In this document: positions 48,727 through 58,625 of the stretch, in pieces | Position numbering within the stretch: position 1 is the stretch's first letter | Layout of the letters: each line of letters opens with the position of its first letter | From: Bdellovibrionales bacterium | Lineage (GTDB): Bacteria; Bdellovibrionota; Bdellovibrionia; Bdellovibrionales; JAGQZY01 | Length of the DNA: 64,000 nucleotides | Assembly (NCBI GenBank): GCA_964230645.1 | Contig: CAXRHT010000002.1 | Span: 480,001 to 544,000, forward strand | Direction: 5' to 3' | The notes under the pieces: model-generated | Told to the model about the DNA's origin: nothing | Seen by the model: the letters and a program-made list of their open reading frames with translations, nothing else | Databases searched by the model: none | Program-made: the position numbers and the translations under genes

Positions 48727-50078
48727 AACACTTCCCTTTCAATTTTATCTAAATTCGTTCTTAGTAAGGCGCAGAAGTCGACTTTTCCAGGTGCCACAAA
48801 AGTACAGGGCCCGAGGTCTTCTTCGGCGATTTCAAGACAGCCAAGCTCTTGAGCGCCTTCGATATCTCCGGAAGCCAGAGCTCTTAAAAGCTGAGTGGGC
48901 AGAATATCAAGAGGCATGACTCTTTCAAACATTCCAATCGGCACCATGGCTCTTAAAGACCCATGAGTTGAGGAACCGAGAGAAAAGCGTTTTCCTGGCA
49001 TCAGTTTAGATAGATAAATTCTTTTTGTTGAAAATTTATCAAAGCCTGGTGATTGCCAGCCTAAGAATTCACGATTGTCGTCTTCTTCGATCGCGGTGAT
49101 TTGGTTGTGATACTGACCGAGGTAATCAAAAGAACCCTCAGCTTTTCTGCCCCAAAGAACGGAGCCTGAAATCACACGATTGGTTTTATCCGTTTTTAAT
49201 TCATTACTTGTTATTTCAGAGACTTTAGCCCCTCTTAAAACACGCACAAGTTTCGGGTTCTCAGCCTGTGGGCCTACAAGACTGATAACTTTGTCTTTTT
49301 TAAGGCTTCCATTTAAAAATAAGTGGCCGATAGCGATCACATCTTGGTAACCAATATGCCAAGAGACCGTTTCAAGATTCACAGGATCAAGAAAGTGCAT
49401 ATGAGTTCCGGCAAGGCCTGCAGGATGAGGGCCTTCAAACTCCGCCACTTCCACATTGGAATTGGTTTTTACATCTATGGCCTTTGCGACACAAAGATAG
49501 GTTTTTTCTTTGGGAAGTTTTGAGAGAATTTCAAGACCGGCTTCAAACTCTTCTTTTTTTTCATTAATGATAATTTCAGGATTGGGCGCTAAGGGATGAG
49601 TGTCCATGGCTGTGACAAAAAGACTTTTGGGTGTTGAACCCACTTTGGCTACTTTTTCAAAAGGTCTTTGCCGAAGAGTCATCCACTCCCCTGTTTCAAT
49701 CAGGGTTTCGCAAATCTCCTCACGGGAGTAAGACTCGGGCGCTTTGATTTTTACGCTATTAAGCTTTGTATCGGGCTGGCTAGAGTTAAGAGAAATAACC
49801 ATGGACTGGAAGGCTCTCTTCTCTCCACGATTAATGGCGACCACTTTTCCTGAAAATCTAGAACAAAAGATAAGACCTTCGTTCTTTTTGCAAGAAAAGA
49901 GCTTCTGCCCGGGAGAGACTGTCTCCCCTTCTTTCACATGTATACTTGGCTTCATTCCAATAAAGTCTGGACCAATCACTGCCACTTCGCTGGATTCTTT
50001 TTCAAAAATCTTGGAGTCTTCCACTTCACCGCAAATGGGCAGGTCAATCCCCTTCTTAAGACGAACTTTCTTAGACAA
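48723..50078 (-). CDS. nqrA: Na+-NQR subunit A
   Basis: [32 protein letters not shown]; first gene of the operon. Confidence 0.96.
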   Translation of the reverse strand: MSKKVRLKKGIDLPICGEVEDSKIFEKESSEVAVIGPDFIGMKPSIHVKEGETVSPGQKLFSCKKNEGLIFCSRFSGKVVAINRGEKRAFQSMVISLNSSQPDTKLNSVKIKAPESYSREEICETLIETGEWMTLRQRPFEKVAKVGSTPKSLFVTAMDTHPLAPNPEIIINEKKEEFEAGLEILSKLPKEKTYLCVAKAIDVKTNSNVEVAEFEGPHPAGLAGTHMHFLDPVNLETVSWHIGYQDVIAIGHLFLNGSLKKDKVISLVGPQAENPKLVRVLRGAKVSEITSNELKTDKTNRVISGSVLWGRKAEGSFDYLGQYHNQITAIEEDDNREFLGWQSPGFDKFSTKRIYLSKLMPGKRFSLGSSTHGSLRAMVPIGMFERVMPLDILPTQLLRALASGDIEGAQELGCLEIAEEDLGPCTFVAPGKVDFCALLRTNLDKIEREVL

Positions 50079-50301
50079 TTCGACACCTCAATCCTGTAAT
50101 AGAGGGCCACAACCTAATAAAACACTTGCTTCTTTTCAATAAAATTTCAGTATTTTATTAATTTGAGCCCATAATAGAGAGGCTTTTCCGTGGAATTCAG
50201 CAATTTAGATTATTTTTTAAGCAGCTTTTTGATCTGGCATTTTAAGCCCATAGTGTGCCATTGAGAAGAATTCGCAGAGACTCAAATTAACCAGAGTCCA
50301 G

Positions 50302-50892
50302 TCATTTCAGTTTTTTGGCTTTAAGAATCATATCTTTCCACAGATCTAACTCGTTGCAACTTACAATCTTTACACGATCGAACTGGGACTGCTCGGCATT
50401 GTCGTAGAAAGGAGCCACTTTAAATTCAATAAGGTCCTCACCTTTTTTAATATAGAAAAAGCAATGAGAAACCGGGCGACGGGTGGGAATCGGATTCTCC
50501 AAACGAAAGCCAGTAAAAGAAAAATCTTTGGTCTGAGTGTTTACAATACTACCCACAATGTCGACCATGACGGGAATACCTATGTAAAAACGCTCGTGTA
50601 GCCGGTTATCTACTGGTTTACCTATCAATTGATGCTCCAAGGATTTTCCGGAGCTGTTCTTATCGATGGTTGGAGGCTTTCTCAGCAGGCCATCTTGGTC
50701 TTTTAATATTTCGGTAATCATGTCTGTGAGCTTGAACCATTGATCCCTCTCGGCAATCCACACATTATAGTCCGCCCATTCACCAGTGCGAAATATTCGG
50801 CAAAGTCCATTGAACTGAGTCCAAGACAGACGTTCAACCAACGTTTTCGTGGGCTTATGATGTAGGTAATAGTGATGTTTGGTATCAAACAT
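50302..50892 (-). CDS. PilZ-domain protein
   Basis: NRLHERF (RxxxR) and DFSFTG (DxSxxG) c-di-GMP-binding motifs; N-terminal Trp-containing domain. Confidence 0.7.
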   Translation of the reverse strand: MFDTKHHYYLHHKPTKTLVERLSWTQFNGLCRIFRTGEWADYNVWIAERDQWFKLTDMITEILKDQDGLLRKPPTIDKNSSGKSLEHQLIGKPVDNRLHERFYIGIPVMVDIVGSIVNTQTKDFSFTGFRLENPIPTRRPVSHCFFYIKKGEDLIEFKVAPFYDNAEQSQFDRVKIVSCNELDLWKDMILKAKKLK

Positions 50893-51071
50893 GGCGCCCC
50901 CCCAGGTTCACTGAAATTATCTTAAACTAAAAACATTGATGCAAGGACTCTTCCACTAACTTTTCGATAGTTCCTCATTATTCCGACAAAAGGGTGGGAA
51001 GAAATGGGGGCTCTCCCCTTTTGATGCGTAACAAGACCTTCATGTTTTTGCGGAGGTGAAATGTGAATGAT

Positions 51072-51099
51072 AAAAAAAGCCCCCTACTTGGAGGGGGCT
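51072..51099 (-). terminator. katG terminator
   Basis: AGCCCCCT..AGGGGGCT stem with a T tract on the minus strand. Confidence 0.8.
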
Positions 51100-51120
51100 C
51101 TGATGCCAAATTTACACTTT

Positions 51121-53412
51121 TTAGGACTTTCTCAGGTCAAATCGATCGAGCTGCATCACTTTGGCCCAGGCTTTCACGAAATCTTCCACAAACTTTCTTT
51201 TGCCGTCATTTGAGGCATAGACTTCAGCAATGGCTCGAAGCTCTGAGCTGGAACCAAAAACAAGATCCACAGGTGTGGCAGTCCACTTTTGTTGACCCGT
51301 TTTACGGTCAACACCTTTGTAAATGCCTTTAGTTCCTGACTTCTTCCACTCCGTATCCATGTCCAGTAGGTTTACGAAGAAATCGTTACTAAGAGTTCCC
51401 ACTTTTTTGGTGAAAACACCGTGTTTGGTGCCATTGGCATTGGCCCCCAAGACTCTAAGGCCTCCAACCAGAACCGTCATCTCCGGAACTGTGAGAGTGA
51501 GTTTGTTGGCTTTATCGACAAGCATATAAACGGGTGAAAACTCGCTTTCTTTTTTATTAAAGTAGTTTCTAAAGCCGTCGGCTGAAGGCTCCAGATAACT
51601 AAAAGAAAGAACGTCGGTTTGCTCTTGGGTGGCGTCGGTGCGTCCTGCTCTAAATGGAACCTTAACATTGACTCCAGCACTTTGCGCGGCCTTTTCAACC
51701 GCAGCGGCTCCACCGAGTACGATCACATCAGCTAAAGAGACATGGCGACTGCTCCCAATGCTTTTATTGAAATCTTTTTGGATTTTCTCAAGCTTGCCTA
51801 ATACCTTAGAGAGCTCCTTGGGGTTATTCACAGCCCAATCTTTTTGGGGCTCTAAGCGAATGCGGGCACCATTGGCTCCACCGCGCATGTCCGTTCCACG
51901 AAAAGAGGAGGCCGAGGCCCAGGCGGTACGGATAAGCTCTTCACGGCTTAAGCCTGATTTCAGGATACGAGCTTTTAGCTGATTGGCTTGAGCGTTCGTA
52001 ATACTTCTCTTCTCAGCTTTTGGTACCGGATCTTGCCACTTAAAAGTTTTCTTTGGAACTTCGGGTCCGATGTAGCGTGCTCTTGGGCCCATATCACGGT
52101 GAGTGAGTTTAAACCAAGCCTCCGCAAAAGCTTGCTCAAATTCTTTCGGGTTTTCAAGAAAGCTTTTGGCAATCTTGTTGTAAGCGGGATCTTTTTTCAA
52201 GGCCAAGTCGGTCGTGAACATAATTGGCGCGTGACGTTTTTTAGGATCATGAGCGTCGGGAACGAGGTTCTCCGCTTGTCCGTCTTTTGGAACCCACTGA
52301 ATTGCTCCACCGGGGCTTTTTGTCTGCTCCCACTCAAAGTTAAAAAGGTTTGAGAGGTACTGCATGGAAAATTGCGTGGGAGTGGAGGTCCAGGCGCCTT
52401 CAAGACCACTGGTCACAGTGTCTTTGCCTTTTCCTGCTCCACACTTATTTTTCCAACCCATTCCTTGAGCTTCAATGTCACTTCCCGCGGGAGCTTCACC
52501 CACACAGTCATCAGGTTTATGAGCACCGTGGGCTTTACCAAAGGTGTGTCCTCCGGCAATGAGGGCCACCACTTCGCGGTCGTTCATGGCCATTCTGGCA
52601 AAACTCTCACGAATGCGGTTGGCGGACTCTTGAATGTCGGGCTTTCCATCCGGTCCTTCTGGGTTGACATAGATCAGTCCCATTTGCACAGCCCCTAAGG
52701 GCTTTTCAAGTTTACCTTCTTTGCCGCGACGTTTTTTTGTTGAGGCTAACCAAGAATTCTCAGGGCCCCAGTAAACAAGGTCCGGCTCCCAATCATCCAG
52801 GCGTCCCCCGGCAAAACCAATGGTATTAAAGCCCATAGATTCCAAAGACACATTTCCTGTTAAAACCATCAGGTCGGCCCAAGAGAGTTTCTTGCCGTAC
52901 TTCTTTTTAATCGGCCAAAGCAGTCTTCGGGCTTTGTCGAGGTTGGCGTTATCAGGCCAACTGTTAAGAGGCTCAAAGCGCTGCTGCCCTCCGCCGGCTC
53001 CACCACGACCGTCGTGCACTCGGTAAGTTCCAGCACTGTGCCAGGCCATACGAATGAAAAAAGGTCCGTAGTGACCGTAGTCCGCCGGCCACCATTCTTG
53101 AGAGGTTTTTAAAACTTTTTCGATATCTTTTTTGACTTGTTTAAGATCTAATTTTTTAAATTCCTGGGCGTAGCTGTATGAGCGATCCATTGGATTGGAC
53201 TCTTGGGCGTGCTGACGCAAAGGTTGCAGGTTCACCATTTCTGGCCACCAAAATTGATTGGGTTTGGCTAACCCTTCAGGCAATCCCTCACCCGGTTCAC
53301 CGGTCACAGTCTGAGGATTTTTTCCTCCCATCGACCAGGCTTGATGGGCACTTAAGAAAAGTGCCAGTGTTAAAACAATATTTGAGACAAAGAATAAACC
53401 AATCTTGCCCAT
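51121..53412 (-). CDS. katG: Catalase-peroxidase with N-terminal signal peptide
   Basis: [47 protein letters not shown]. Confidence 0.97.
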   Translation of the reverse strand: MGKIGLFFVSNIVLTLALFLSAHQAWSMGGKNPQTVTGEPGEGLPEGLAKPNQFWWPEMVNLQPLRQHAQESNPMDRSYSYAQEFKKLDLKQVKKDIEKVLKTSQEWWPADYGHYGPFFIRMAWHSAGTYRVHDGRGGAGGGQQRFEPLNSWPDNANLDKARRLLWPIKKKYGKKLSWADLMVLTGNVSLESMGFNTIGFAGGRLDDWEPDLVYWGPENSWLASTKKRRGKEGKLEKPLGAVQMGLIYVNPEGPDGKPDIQESANRIRESFARMAMNDREVVALIAGGHTFGKAHGAHKPDDCVGEAPAGSDIEAQGMGWKNKCGAGKGKDTVTSGLEGAWTSTPTQFSMQYLSNLFNFEWEQTKSPGGAIQWVPKDGQAENLVPDAHDPKKRHAPIMFTTDLALKKDPAYNKIAKSFLENPKEFEQAFAEAWFKLTHRDMGPRARYIGPEVPKKTFKWQDPVPKAEKRSITNAQANQLKARILKSGLSREELIRTAWASASSFRGTDMRGGANGARIRLEPQKDWAVNNPKELSKVLGKLEKIQKDFNKSIGSSRHVSLADVIVLGGAAAVEKAAQSAGVNVKVPFRAGRTDATQEQTDVLSFSYLEPSADGFRNYFNKKESEFSPVYMLVDKANKLTLTVPEMTVLVGGLRVLGANANGTKHGVFTKKVGTLSNDFFVNLLDMDTEWKKSGTKGIYKGVDRKTGQQKWTATPVDLVFGSSSELRAIAEVYASNDGKRKFVEDFVKAWAKVMQLDRFDLRKS

Positions 53413-53465
53413 AATTCCTCCTTCACAATTGCTCTGATCTTCTCCTTAAAAGCAATAGTCTACCA

Positions 53466-53501
53466 ATATTATTATTTTATCATGTGATAGATAGAAACTA
53501 T
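53466..53501. promoter_or_regulatory. OxyR/LysR-like box upstream of katG
   Basis: ATAG-N7-CTAT at 53487-53501 and an adjacent degenerate ATAT-N7-TTAT. Confidence 0.5.
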
Positions 53502-53805
53502 CCAATAGGAAAGGCTTTCTGAATACCGTTTTGGTGTTTTGCAGGAGTGTGGCAAAACTCATTTTTGGTATTGCATGGAGACTCAAGAAGCCTCTTCGGA
53601 ATCCAGTATACCGTGCCCGGTATACGGGATACCGTTTCGAATTCTGGCTCCCAATGCCCCACCAATTGATAATGCCTATTAAAATGCCTCAACCTGACCC
53701 ATTTTTTTTTGATCTGAGTAGAAAACGACACTGAATTCATTTTTTTGAGTTTTTTGGCCAACTCTCGTGTAAGGTGAACTCTGAACAAAATTACAAGAGG
53801 TTTTA

Positions 53806-54000
53806 ATGAATAAAGGTACAGTAAAGTTTTTTAATGGAAGTAAAGGTTTTGGTTTTATTACCCCTGAGGAAGGCAAAGAAATATTCTTTCACATTTCTGA
53901 AGTTCAAGGTATGGAGCCAAGAGACGGCGACAAAGTCGAATTTGAAATTGGCCAAGGTCAAAAAGGCCCATGCGCAACCGGCGTTAAGGTTATCAATTAA
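53806..54000 (+). CDS. Cold-shock protein (CSD)
   Basis: GTVKFFN..KGFGFI (RNP1), IFFHIS (RNP2). Confidence 0.95.
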   Translation: MNKGTVKFFNGSKGFGFITPEEGKEIFFHISEVQGMEPRDGDKVEFEIGQGQKGPCATGVKVIN

Positions 54001-54028
54001 TTCCTTTTGTTAAAAATCAAAATAATCA

Positions 54029-54061
54029 GAAAACCGACATCCAGAATGTCGGTTTTTTTTT
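54029..54061 (+). terminator. Rho-independent terminator, potentially bidirectional
   Basis: AAAACCGACAT-CCAGA-ATGTCGGTTTTTTTT. Confidence 0.85.
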
Positions 54062-54288
54062 GCAAAAGTTTGGAGGGTGGATACCATATGCTGAGACCGG
54101 TATTCTGAATACCGGTCGGCTGACTGATTTCTATTCGGATATCTGATATTAGTTATCTGTTATCCTGATATCAGATTTATCGATGAACCGCCTTCGAACC
54201 GCAGCTCTGAAGGAGGCCGCGAGGCCAGTCACTAATTTTAGCTAACAAAAATCGGTCTAAAAATTAAGATGGTGGTTAATTTGTTTCC

Positions 54289-54618
54289 TTACTTTAGTAA
54301 ACGTTCTTTTTTGCTCGCCATAAGCGCCCTTGTAAGCTTGTAAAGACTGGCTCCGAGTTGATCACCTACAGTAAATAACTCGGGTTTCTCGACACCTTCA
54401 AGCTTCAGGATAGCCTGACTCTCTCGAAAGGAGCCATAAGCAATTTCAAAAATTCTCAACCGATCTTTGCGGGATGATTTGGCATTGCCTTCTGCCAGAT
54501 TCAGAGAAACTGAAGATGCTGATCGTAAAAATTGATCTCTCAAAGGACCTGAAAGTTTTATTTTTTTACCAAGCTGGTAATATTCAACGGCTAAATCAAG
54601 GGTTCTAAATTTGGTCAT
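54289..54618 (-). CDS. Four-helix-bundle protein (23S rRNA intervening-sequence protein / Avd-like)
   Basis: LRDQFLRSASSVSLNLAEG..K.S.KD..R.FEIAYGS..E family signature; GGAGGA RBS before ATG 54618. Confidence 0.9.
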   Translation of the reverse strand: MTKFRTLDLAVEYYQLGKKIKLSGPLRDQFLRSASSVSLNLAEGNAKSSRKDRLRIFEIAYGSFRESQAILKLEGVEKPELFTVGDQLGASLYKLTRALMASKKERLLK

Positions 54619-54728
54619 TTTATTATCCTCCACAAGTAGGAATTGCAAAGGATGCCAAGAAGAGAGCCCTTCAGAGCTCTGAGCTCAGATATCCGAGCTC
54701 TGGAGTAAATGCCTCCGGCATTTACGAT

Positions 54729-54817
54729 TGGTGCCCCGGGCCAGACTTGAACTGGCACGACCCTTACGGGTCCCAGGATTTTAAGTCCTGTGCGTCTACC
54801 AATTTCGCCACCAGGGC
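54729..54817 (-). tRNA. tRNA-Leu(TAA)
   Basis: GCCCTGG/CCGGGGC acceptor stem, TGGTAGAC D-loop, CAGGA-CTTAAAA-TCCTG anticodon arm, long variable arm, GTTCAAGT T-loop, encoded CCA. Confidence 0.97.
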
Positions 54818-54862
54818 TCTGATGAGAAATGAAGATTCTAACCTCACATAAAATGTGCTAGG

Positions 54863-55630
54863 TTGTCACCTTATAATTTTGAGGTGATGATGATTTGGTC
54901 AAAACCAAGGTTCCAACACAGTTTTGAATTGCTTCCACGAGTGCTTAAAGAGGTAGCACCTCTGCTTCTTCCATTAAGCTTAGCACTCTGGGGCCTAGAA
55001 TATTACGTGGCTTGGGTGAATAAAGCGCGTTTTGATAATCCCATGGCCTCATCCATGCTCACAATTGTAGCACTGGGTCTTATTGGCATCCTGCTTCAAA
55101 GTATTGCCTCAGTGATTTGGCTTCTCTATGTGGCTCGAAGCACGCAGAGACAAATGAAAAACGGGCACGGTGAACATCCGCTCATCTTTTTAAAAAATCA
55201 TTTTCATCAAACCTTTATTGAGTCTATTCGCGCTTTTATCAGTATCGGGATTTACACTCTCTTTTTTATTCTTCCTGGAATCATTCGCTGGGTGAAACTG
55301 GTGTTCACCTGCTTTGTTTCAGCCTTCGATCCTGATTATTTAAAAGGTAAAAAGGATGCTCTTAAAGAGTCCTCAAGACTTGTCAAAGGCGCCTGGTTTC
55401 CGCTCTTGATACTTCTGATTGTCCAAGCCTTTATTCCCTATTTGTTTGAAGAGTTTGCCCTGGGAAATTATGGATTGAGCTCAGAGGAACAAGCTGGCAA
55501 GGCCCTATCCTTTAATTTTTTAAGTCTTCCTTTTTATCTAGTGGCCTTTATTTTAGAGGTTTATTTTGCCATCTACTTCAGTCTCACATTTTTTGCGCGC
55601 TGGAGTTTTAAAACGGAGAGGCCTCAGTAA
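54863..55630 (+). CDS. Hypothetical integral membrane protein; start uncertain (ATG at 54887 or 54890 possible)
   Basis: Multiple TM segments, FILPGI..W and ALKESSRLVKG motifs; TAATG overlap with murI. Confidence 0.75.
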   Translation: MSPYNFEVMMIWSKPRFQHSFELLPRVLKEVAPLLLPLSLALWGLEYYVAWVNKARFDNPMASSMLTIVALGLIGILLQSIASVIWLLYVARSTQRQMKNGHGEHPLIFLKNHFHQTFIESIRAFISIGIYTLFFILPGIIRWVKLVFTCFVSAFDPDYLKGKKDALKESSRLVKGAWFPLLILLIVQAFIPYLFEEFALGNYGLSSEEQAGKALSFNFLSLPFYLVAFILEVYFAIYFSLTFFARWSFKTERPQ

Positions 55631-56409
55631 TGCATATCGGACTTTTTGATTCGGGAGTGGGAGGACTCACCGTCTTATCAAAACTCAAAGAGCGCATCCC
55701 CAAGGCTCGCTTTACCTATCTAGGAGACACCGCACGTCTCCCCTACGGAAACAAAGCGCCAGAAACTCTTGAGCGTTACACCAAAGAGAATATTGAATTT
55801 CTCGATCAACAAAATGTGGATGCGATTGTGGTGGCTTGCCACTCGGCTTCAAGTGTCGCTTTAAAAATGCTTCACTCTCAAAAAGGCACGCCTATTTTTA
55901 ATGTGATTGCTCCGAGTTGTGAGCAAGCCATTAAGAATTCTAAAAATAAAAGAGTGGGCGTTGTCTCAACGAAAGCCACAGCCCGCAGTCTTGTCTACCC
56001 TAATTATATTAATAGCTTAGATGAAAACGTGGAAGTGCTCTCTCAAGAGTGCCCACTTCTTGTACCACTGGTGGAAGAGGGCATGATTGAAGATCCCATC
56101 ACCGAAATGATGCTCTCGCGCTATCTCAAAGAAATGCTCACTGAGCCTGTCGATACCTTGATTCTTGGTTGCACCCACTACCCTCTTTTGAAGGAGCCCA
56201 TCTCTAAGATATGTGGCGCGTCAATAACCTTGGTTGATCCCGCCGAGTCGGTGGCAGGAAGAATTTTAGATCAGTGTGAAATTAAAGATGATGAGCCAGG
56301 CCTGAAGGTTTTCCTAACCGATCACGCGCCTCACTTCATCAATCACGCCAAACAACTGCTCGGCGCCCTTGATTCAGAGCCCATTTTATTTCCCAAAAGT
56401 CAGGGCTAA
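55630..56409 (+). CDS. murI: Glutamate racemase
   Basis: IGLFDSGVGGLTV, GDTARLPYG, VACHSAS, LGCTHYP. Confidence 0.96.
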   Translation: MHIGLFDSGVGGLTVLSKLKERIPKARFTYLGDTARLPYGNKAPETLERYTKENIEFLDQQNVDAIVVACHSASSVALKMLHSQKGTPIFNVIAPSCEQAIKNSKNKRVGVVSTKATARSLVYPNYINSLDENVEVLSQECPLLVPLVEEGMIEDPITEMMLSRYLKEMLTEPVDTLILGCTHYPLLKEPISKICGASITLVDPAESVAGRILDQCEIKDDEPGLKVFLTDHAPHFINHAKQLLGALDSEPILFPKSQG

Positions 56410-56492
56410 GCCTCCCTTGAAACAGTGACAGGCCCTTTAGCTTTTGTTACACCTTGGAATTCGTTTTCACATTGATGCTAAAAGGAAAAAAC

Positions 56493-57155
56493 ATGGCTCA
56501 TTATTCAAATGCCTACGAATTTGGTCACACCTCAGATGGTTTAGCCATCCCTGCTTACAAGTTTGGAGATAAAGGCCCCAAGGTTTTAGTGATGGGTGGA
56601 GTCCACGGAGATGAGACCGAAGGAATCATTGCTGCCAATGGACTCTTGCAAAAATTCTCACGGTCTTTTCCCTATAAGCTCAATCTCACGTTGATTCCAA
56701 TTTTTAACTTGGACGGGGCCATTCGTTGTCAGCGTAAAAATGGCAGAGAGGTGGACCTCAACCGAAACCTCCCCACCCAGGATTGGTCAGCAGAAGTGGC
56801 CAAAGAAAAATACCACCCTGGCCCCAATGCCAACAGCGAGCCTGAGAATCAGGCCTTAGTGGATTTTATCTCTGAGGAAAAACCCACATTTATTATTTCG
56901 CTTCACTCCTGGAAGCCGATGCTCAATGTGAACGGTGATTGTGGAGCAGTCGCTGAGACTATTTCAAAACACACAGGTTATGTGATCACTCCGGACATCG
57001 GCTACCCCACACCCGGTTCTCTTGGAACTTATTGTGGGCTAGAAAGACAGATTCCTACGATCACCTACGAATTTGAAAGAGAAATAAAAGCTAAAAATAT
57101 TTTAGACATCCATGTTCCCGCCATTATCGAGGGACTTAAAAAGTTAGAGGTTTAA
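56493..57155 (+). CDS. mpaA: Murein peptide amidase A-like M14 peptidase
   Basis: GGVHGDE, VDLNRNLP, SEPE, ISLHS, IGYPTPGSLGT, ITYE. Confidence 0.8.
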   Translation: MAHYSNAYEFGHTSDGLAIPAYKFGDKGPKVLVMGGVHGDETEGIIAANGLLQKFSRSFPYKLNLTLIPIFNLDGAIRCQRKNGREVDLNRNLPTQDWSAEVAKEKYHPGPNANSEPENQALVDFISEEKPTFIISLHSWKPMLNVNGDCGAVAETISKHTGYVITPDIGYPTPGSLGTYCGLERQIPTITYEFEREIKAKNILDIHVPAIIEGLKKLEV

Positions 57156-57156
57156 T

Positions 57157-57960
57157 ATGAAAGAAAAAATCGAAGAAATCTTTGAACTTCCCAGTGACCA
57201 ACTCGAACAACACTCAGCCCTTATCGATGAGGCCATTGGCTTACTTGATTCCGGAAAACTTCGCGTGGTCGAGAATACAGGTGATGATTGGCAAGTGAAC
57301 CAATGGGCCAAAAAAGCCATCCTTCTTTATTTTCGAAGCCGCAAAATGGCTAAAATCGACTGCCCTCCTTTCAGCTACTACGACAAAATTCCTCTTAAGC
57401 AGTGGAGCGGTGACGAGAAAGTTCGTGTGGTTCCGCAAGCCTTGGCTAGACGCGGATCCTTCATTGATGAGGGGGCAGTGTTAATGCCCAGTTACGTTAA
57501 TATTGGAGCCTACGTTGGGAAAGGCAGCATGGTCGACACCTGGGCCACAGTGGGATCTTGTGCTTACATTGGTTCTGGAGTGCACCTTTCAGGGGGTGTT
57601 GGTATTGGTGGCGTTTTGGAGCCTCTTCAAGCCAACCCGGTGATTGTGGAAGATAGCTGTTTTATTGGAAGCCGAAGTATTCTTGTTGAAGGTGTTCACA
57701 TTAAAAAAGGTGCTGTGATCGGGGCTGGTGTAACCATTACCGGATCCACCAAAATTTATGATGTCTCAGGCTCTGAGAAAAAAGAGTACAAGGGTTATGT
57801 GCCAGAAAACTCAGTCGTCATTCCAGGGACTCAGGAAAAAGAGTTTCCCGCCGGAAAATTTAATGTGCCTTGTGCTTTGATTATTGGAAAACGCAAAGCT
57901 TCCACCGATGAGAAAACCTCTCTTAACGATGCTCTTCGTGAGTACAACGTTTCTGTGTAA
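57157..57960 (+). CDS. dapD: Tetrahydrodipicolinate N-succinyltransferase
   Basis: WAKKAILLYF, LMPSYVNIGAYV, MVDTWATVGSCA, HLSGGVGIGGVLEP. Confidence 0.96.
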   Translation: MKEKIEEIFELPSDQLEQHSALIDEAIGLLDSGKLRVVENTGDDWQVNQWAKKAILLYFRSRKMAKIDCPPFSYYDKIPLKQWSGDEKVRVVPQALARRGSFIDEGAVLMPSYVNIGAYVGKGSMVDTWATVGSCAYIGSGVHLSGGVGIGGVLEPLQANPVIVEDSCFIGSRSILVEGVHIKKGAVIGAGVTITGSTKIYDVSGSEKKEYKGYVPENSVVIPGTQEKEFPAGKFNVPCALIIGKRKASTDEKTSLNDALREYNVSV

Positions 57961-57964
57961 GCCG

Positions 57965-58450
57965 ATGCCCTTTCAAGTTAACCTCAGTAAAGAGCGCTTT
58001 AAGTTTTCATCCACTCACTTTACCATCTTCAAAGACCACCAGGGCGAGTGCCTGCACGGACACAATTACCAAGTGTCCGTGGATCTCGATTTTCGCAATT
58101 TGGCTGAAGACACAGGCCTCAGTGCCGAGTTCTCGCAAGTGAAATATGAAGTGGATAATATTTGTAAACTTCTTGATGAAAAAGTTCTACTTCCCGCTGA
58201 CTCCCCTTATCTCGATATTACCGATAACAGCAAAAACTACGATGTGCAGTTTGGGGTGAAGTTTTACTCTTTTCCTAAAGTCGACTGTGTCCTCCTTGAT
58301 ATAGTCAACGTATCTTCAGAGTGTTTGGCTAAGTGGGTTCACCAAAAACTTTCTAAAGCCTATGTGAGTATCGGACTGGAATCTCTGTCGGTGACTGTTG
58401 AAGAATCCAGTGGTCAGGCCGTGACTTATTTTCTGGCTGAAGACGCTTAA
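57965..58450 (+). CDS. queD: 6-carboxytetrahydropterin synthase/PTPS family protein
   Basis: FSSTH, ECLHGHNY, SSECLA, VEES motifs; ATG at 57965. Confidence 0.8.
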   Translation: MPFQVNLSKERFKFSSTHFTIFKDHQGECLHGHNYQVSVDLDFRNLAEDTGLSAEFSQVKYEVDNICKLLDEKVLLPADSPYLDITDNSKNYDVQFGVKFYSFPKVDCVLLDIVNVSSECLAKWVHQKLSKAYVSIGLESLSVTVEESSGQAVTYFLAEDA

Positions 58451-58625
58451 AATCTTATGATACACAAGCAATTATAAGCTTATTCTCTCAAATTAAAACT
58501 AATAGGGCTTCAATCCTTATTTCAGAGCAATTGTGTGGAAATCGACACGAACATTTTAAAAAAACCGGAATAAAAAAATATAGCCCTCCATTAATCTGAA
58601 GCTGTAAAACTTTAGGAGGTTTTCA

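Noticed and set aside
53498..53788. 96-aa ORF between katG and the cold-shock gene
   Set aside because: No recognisable motif or RBS, and it overlaps probable promoter and 5' UTR regions.
54289..54618. Diversity-generating retroelement suggested by the Avd-like fold
   Set aside because: No reverse transcriptase and no TR/VR pair with adenine-specific mismatches seen in the window.
54643..54658. TTGGCATCCTTTGCA on the minus strand as a sigma54 promoter
   Set aside because: GG-to-GC spacing is 8 nt, not the required 10.
54729..54780. Integrative element at tRNA-Leu
   Set aside because: No integrase and no duplicated tRNA 3' end found by eye in the window.
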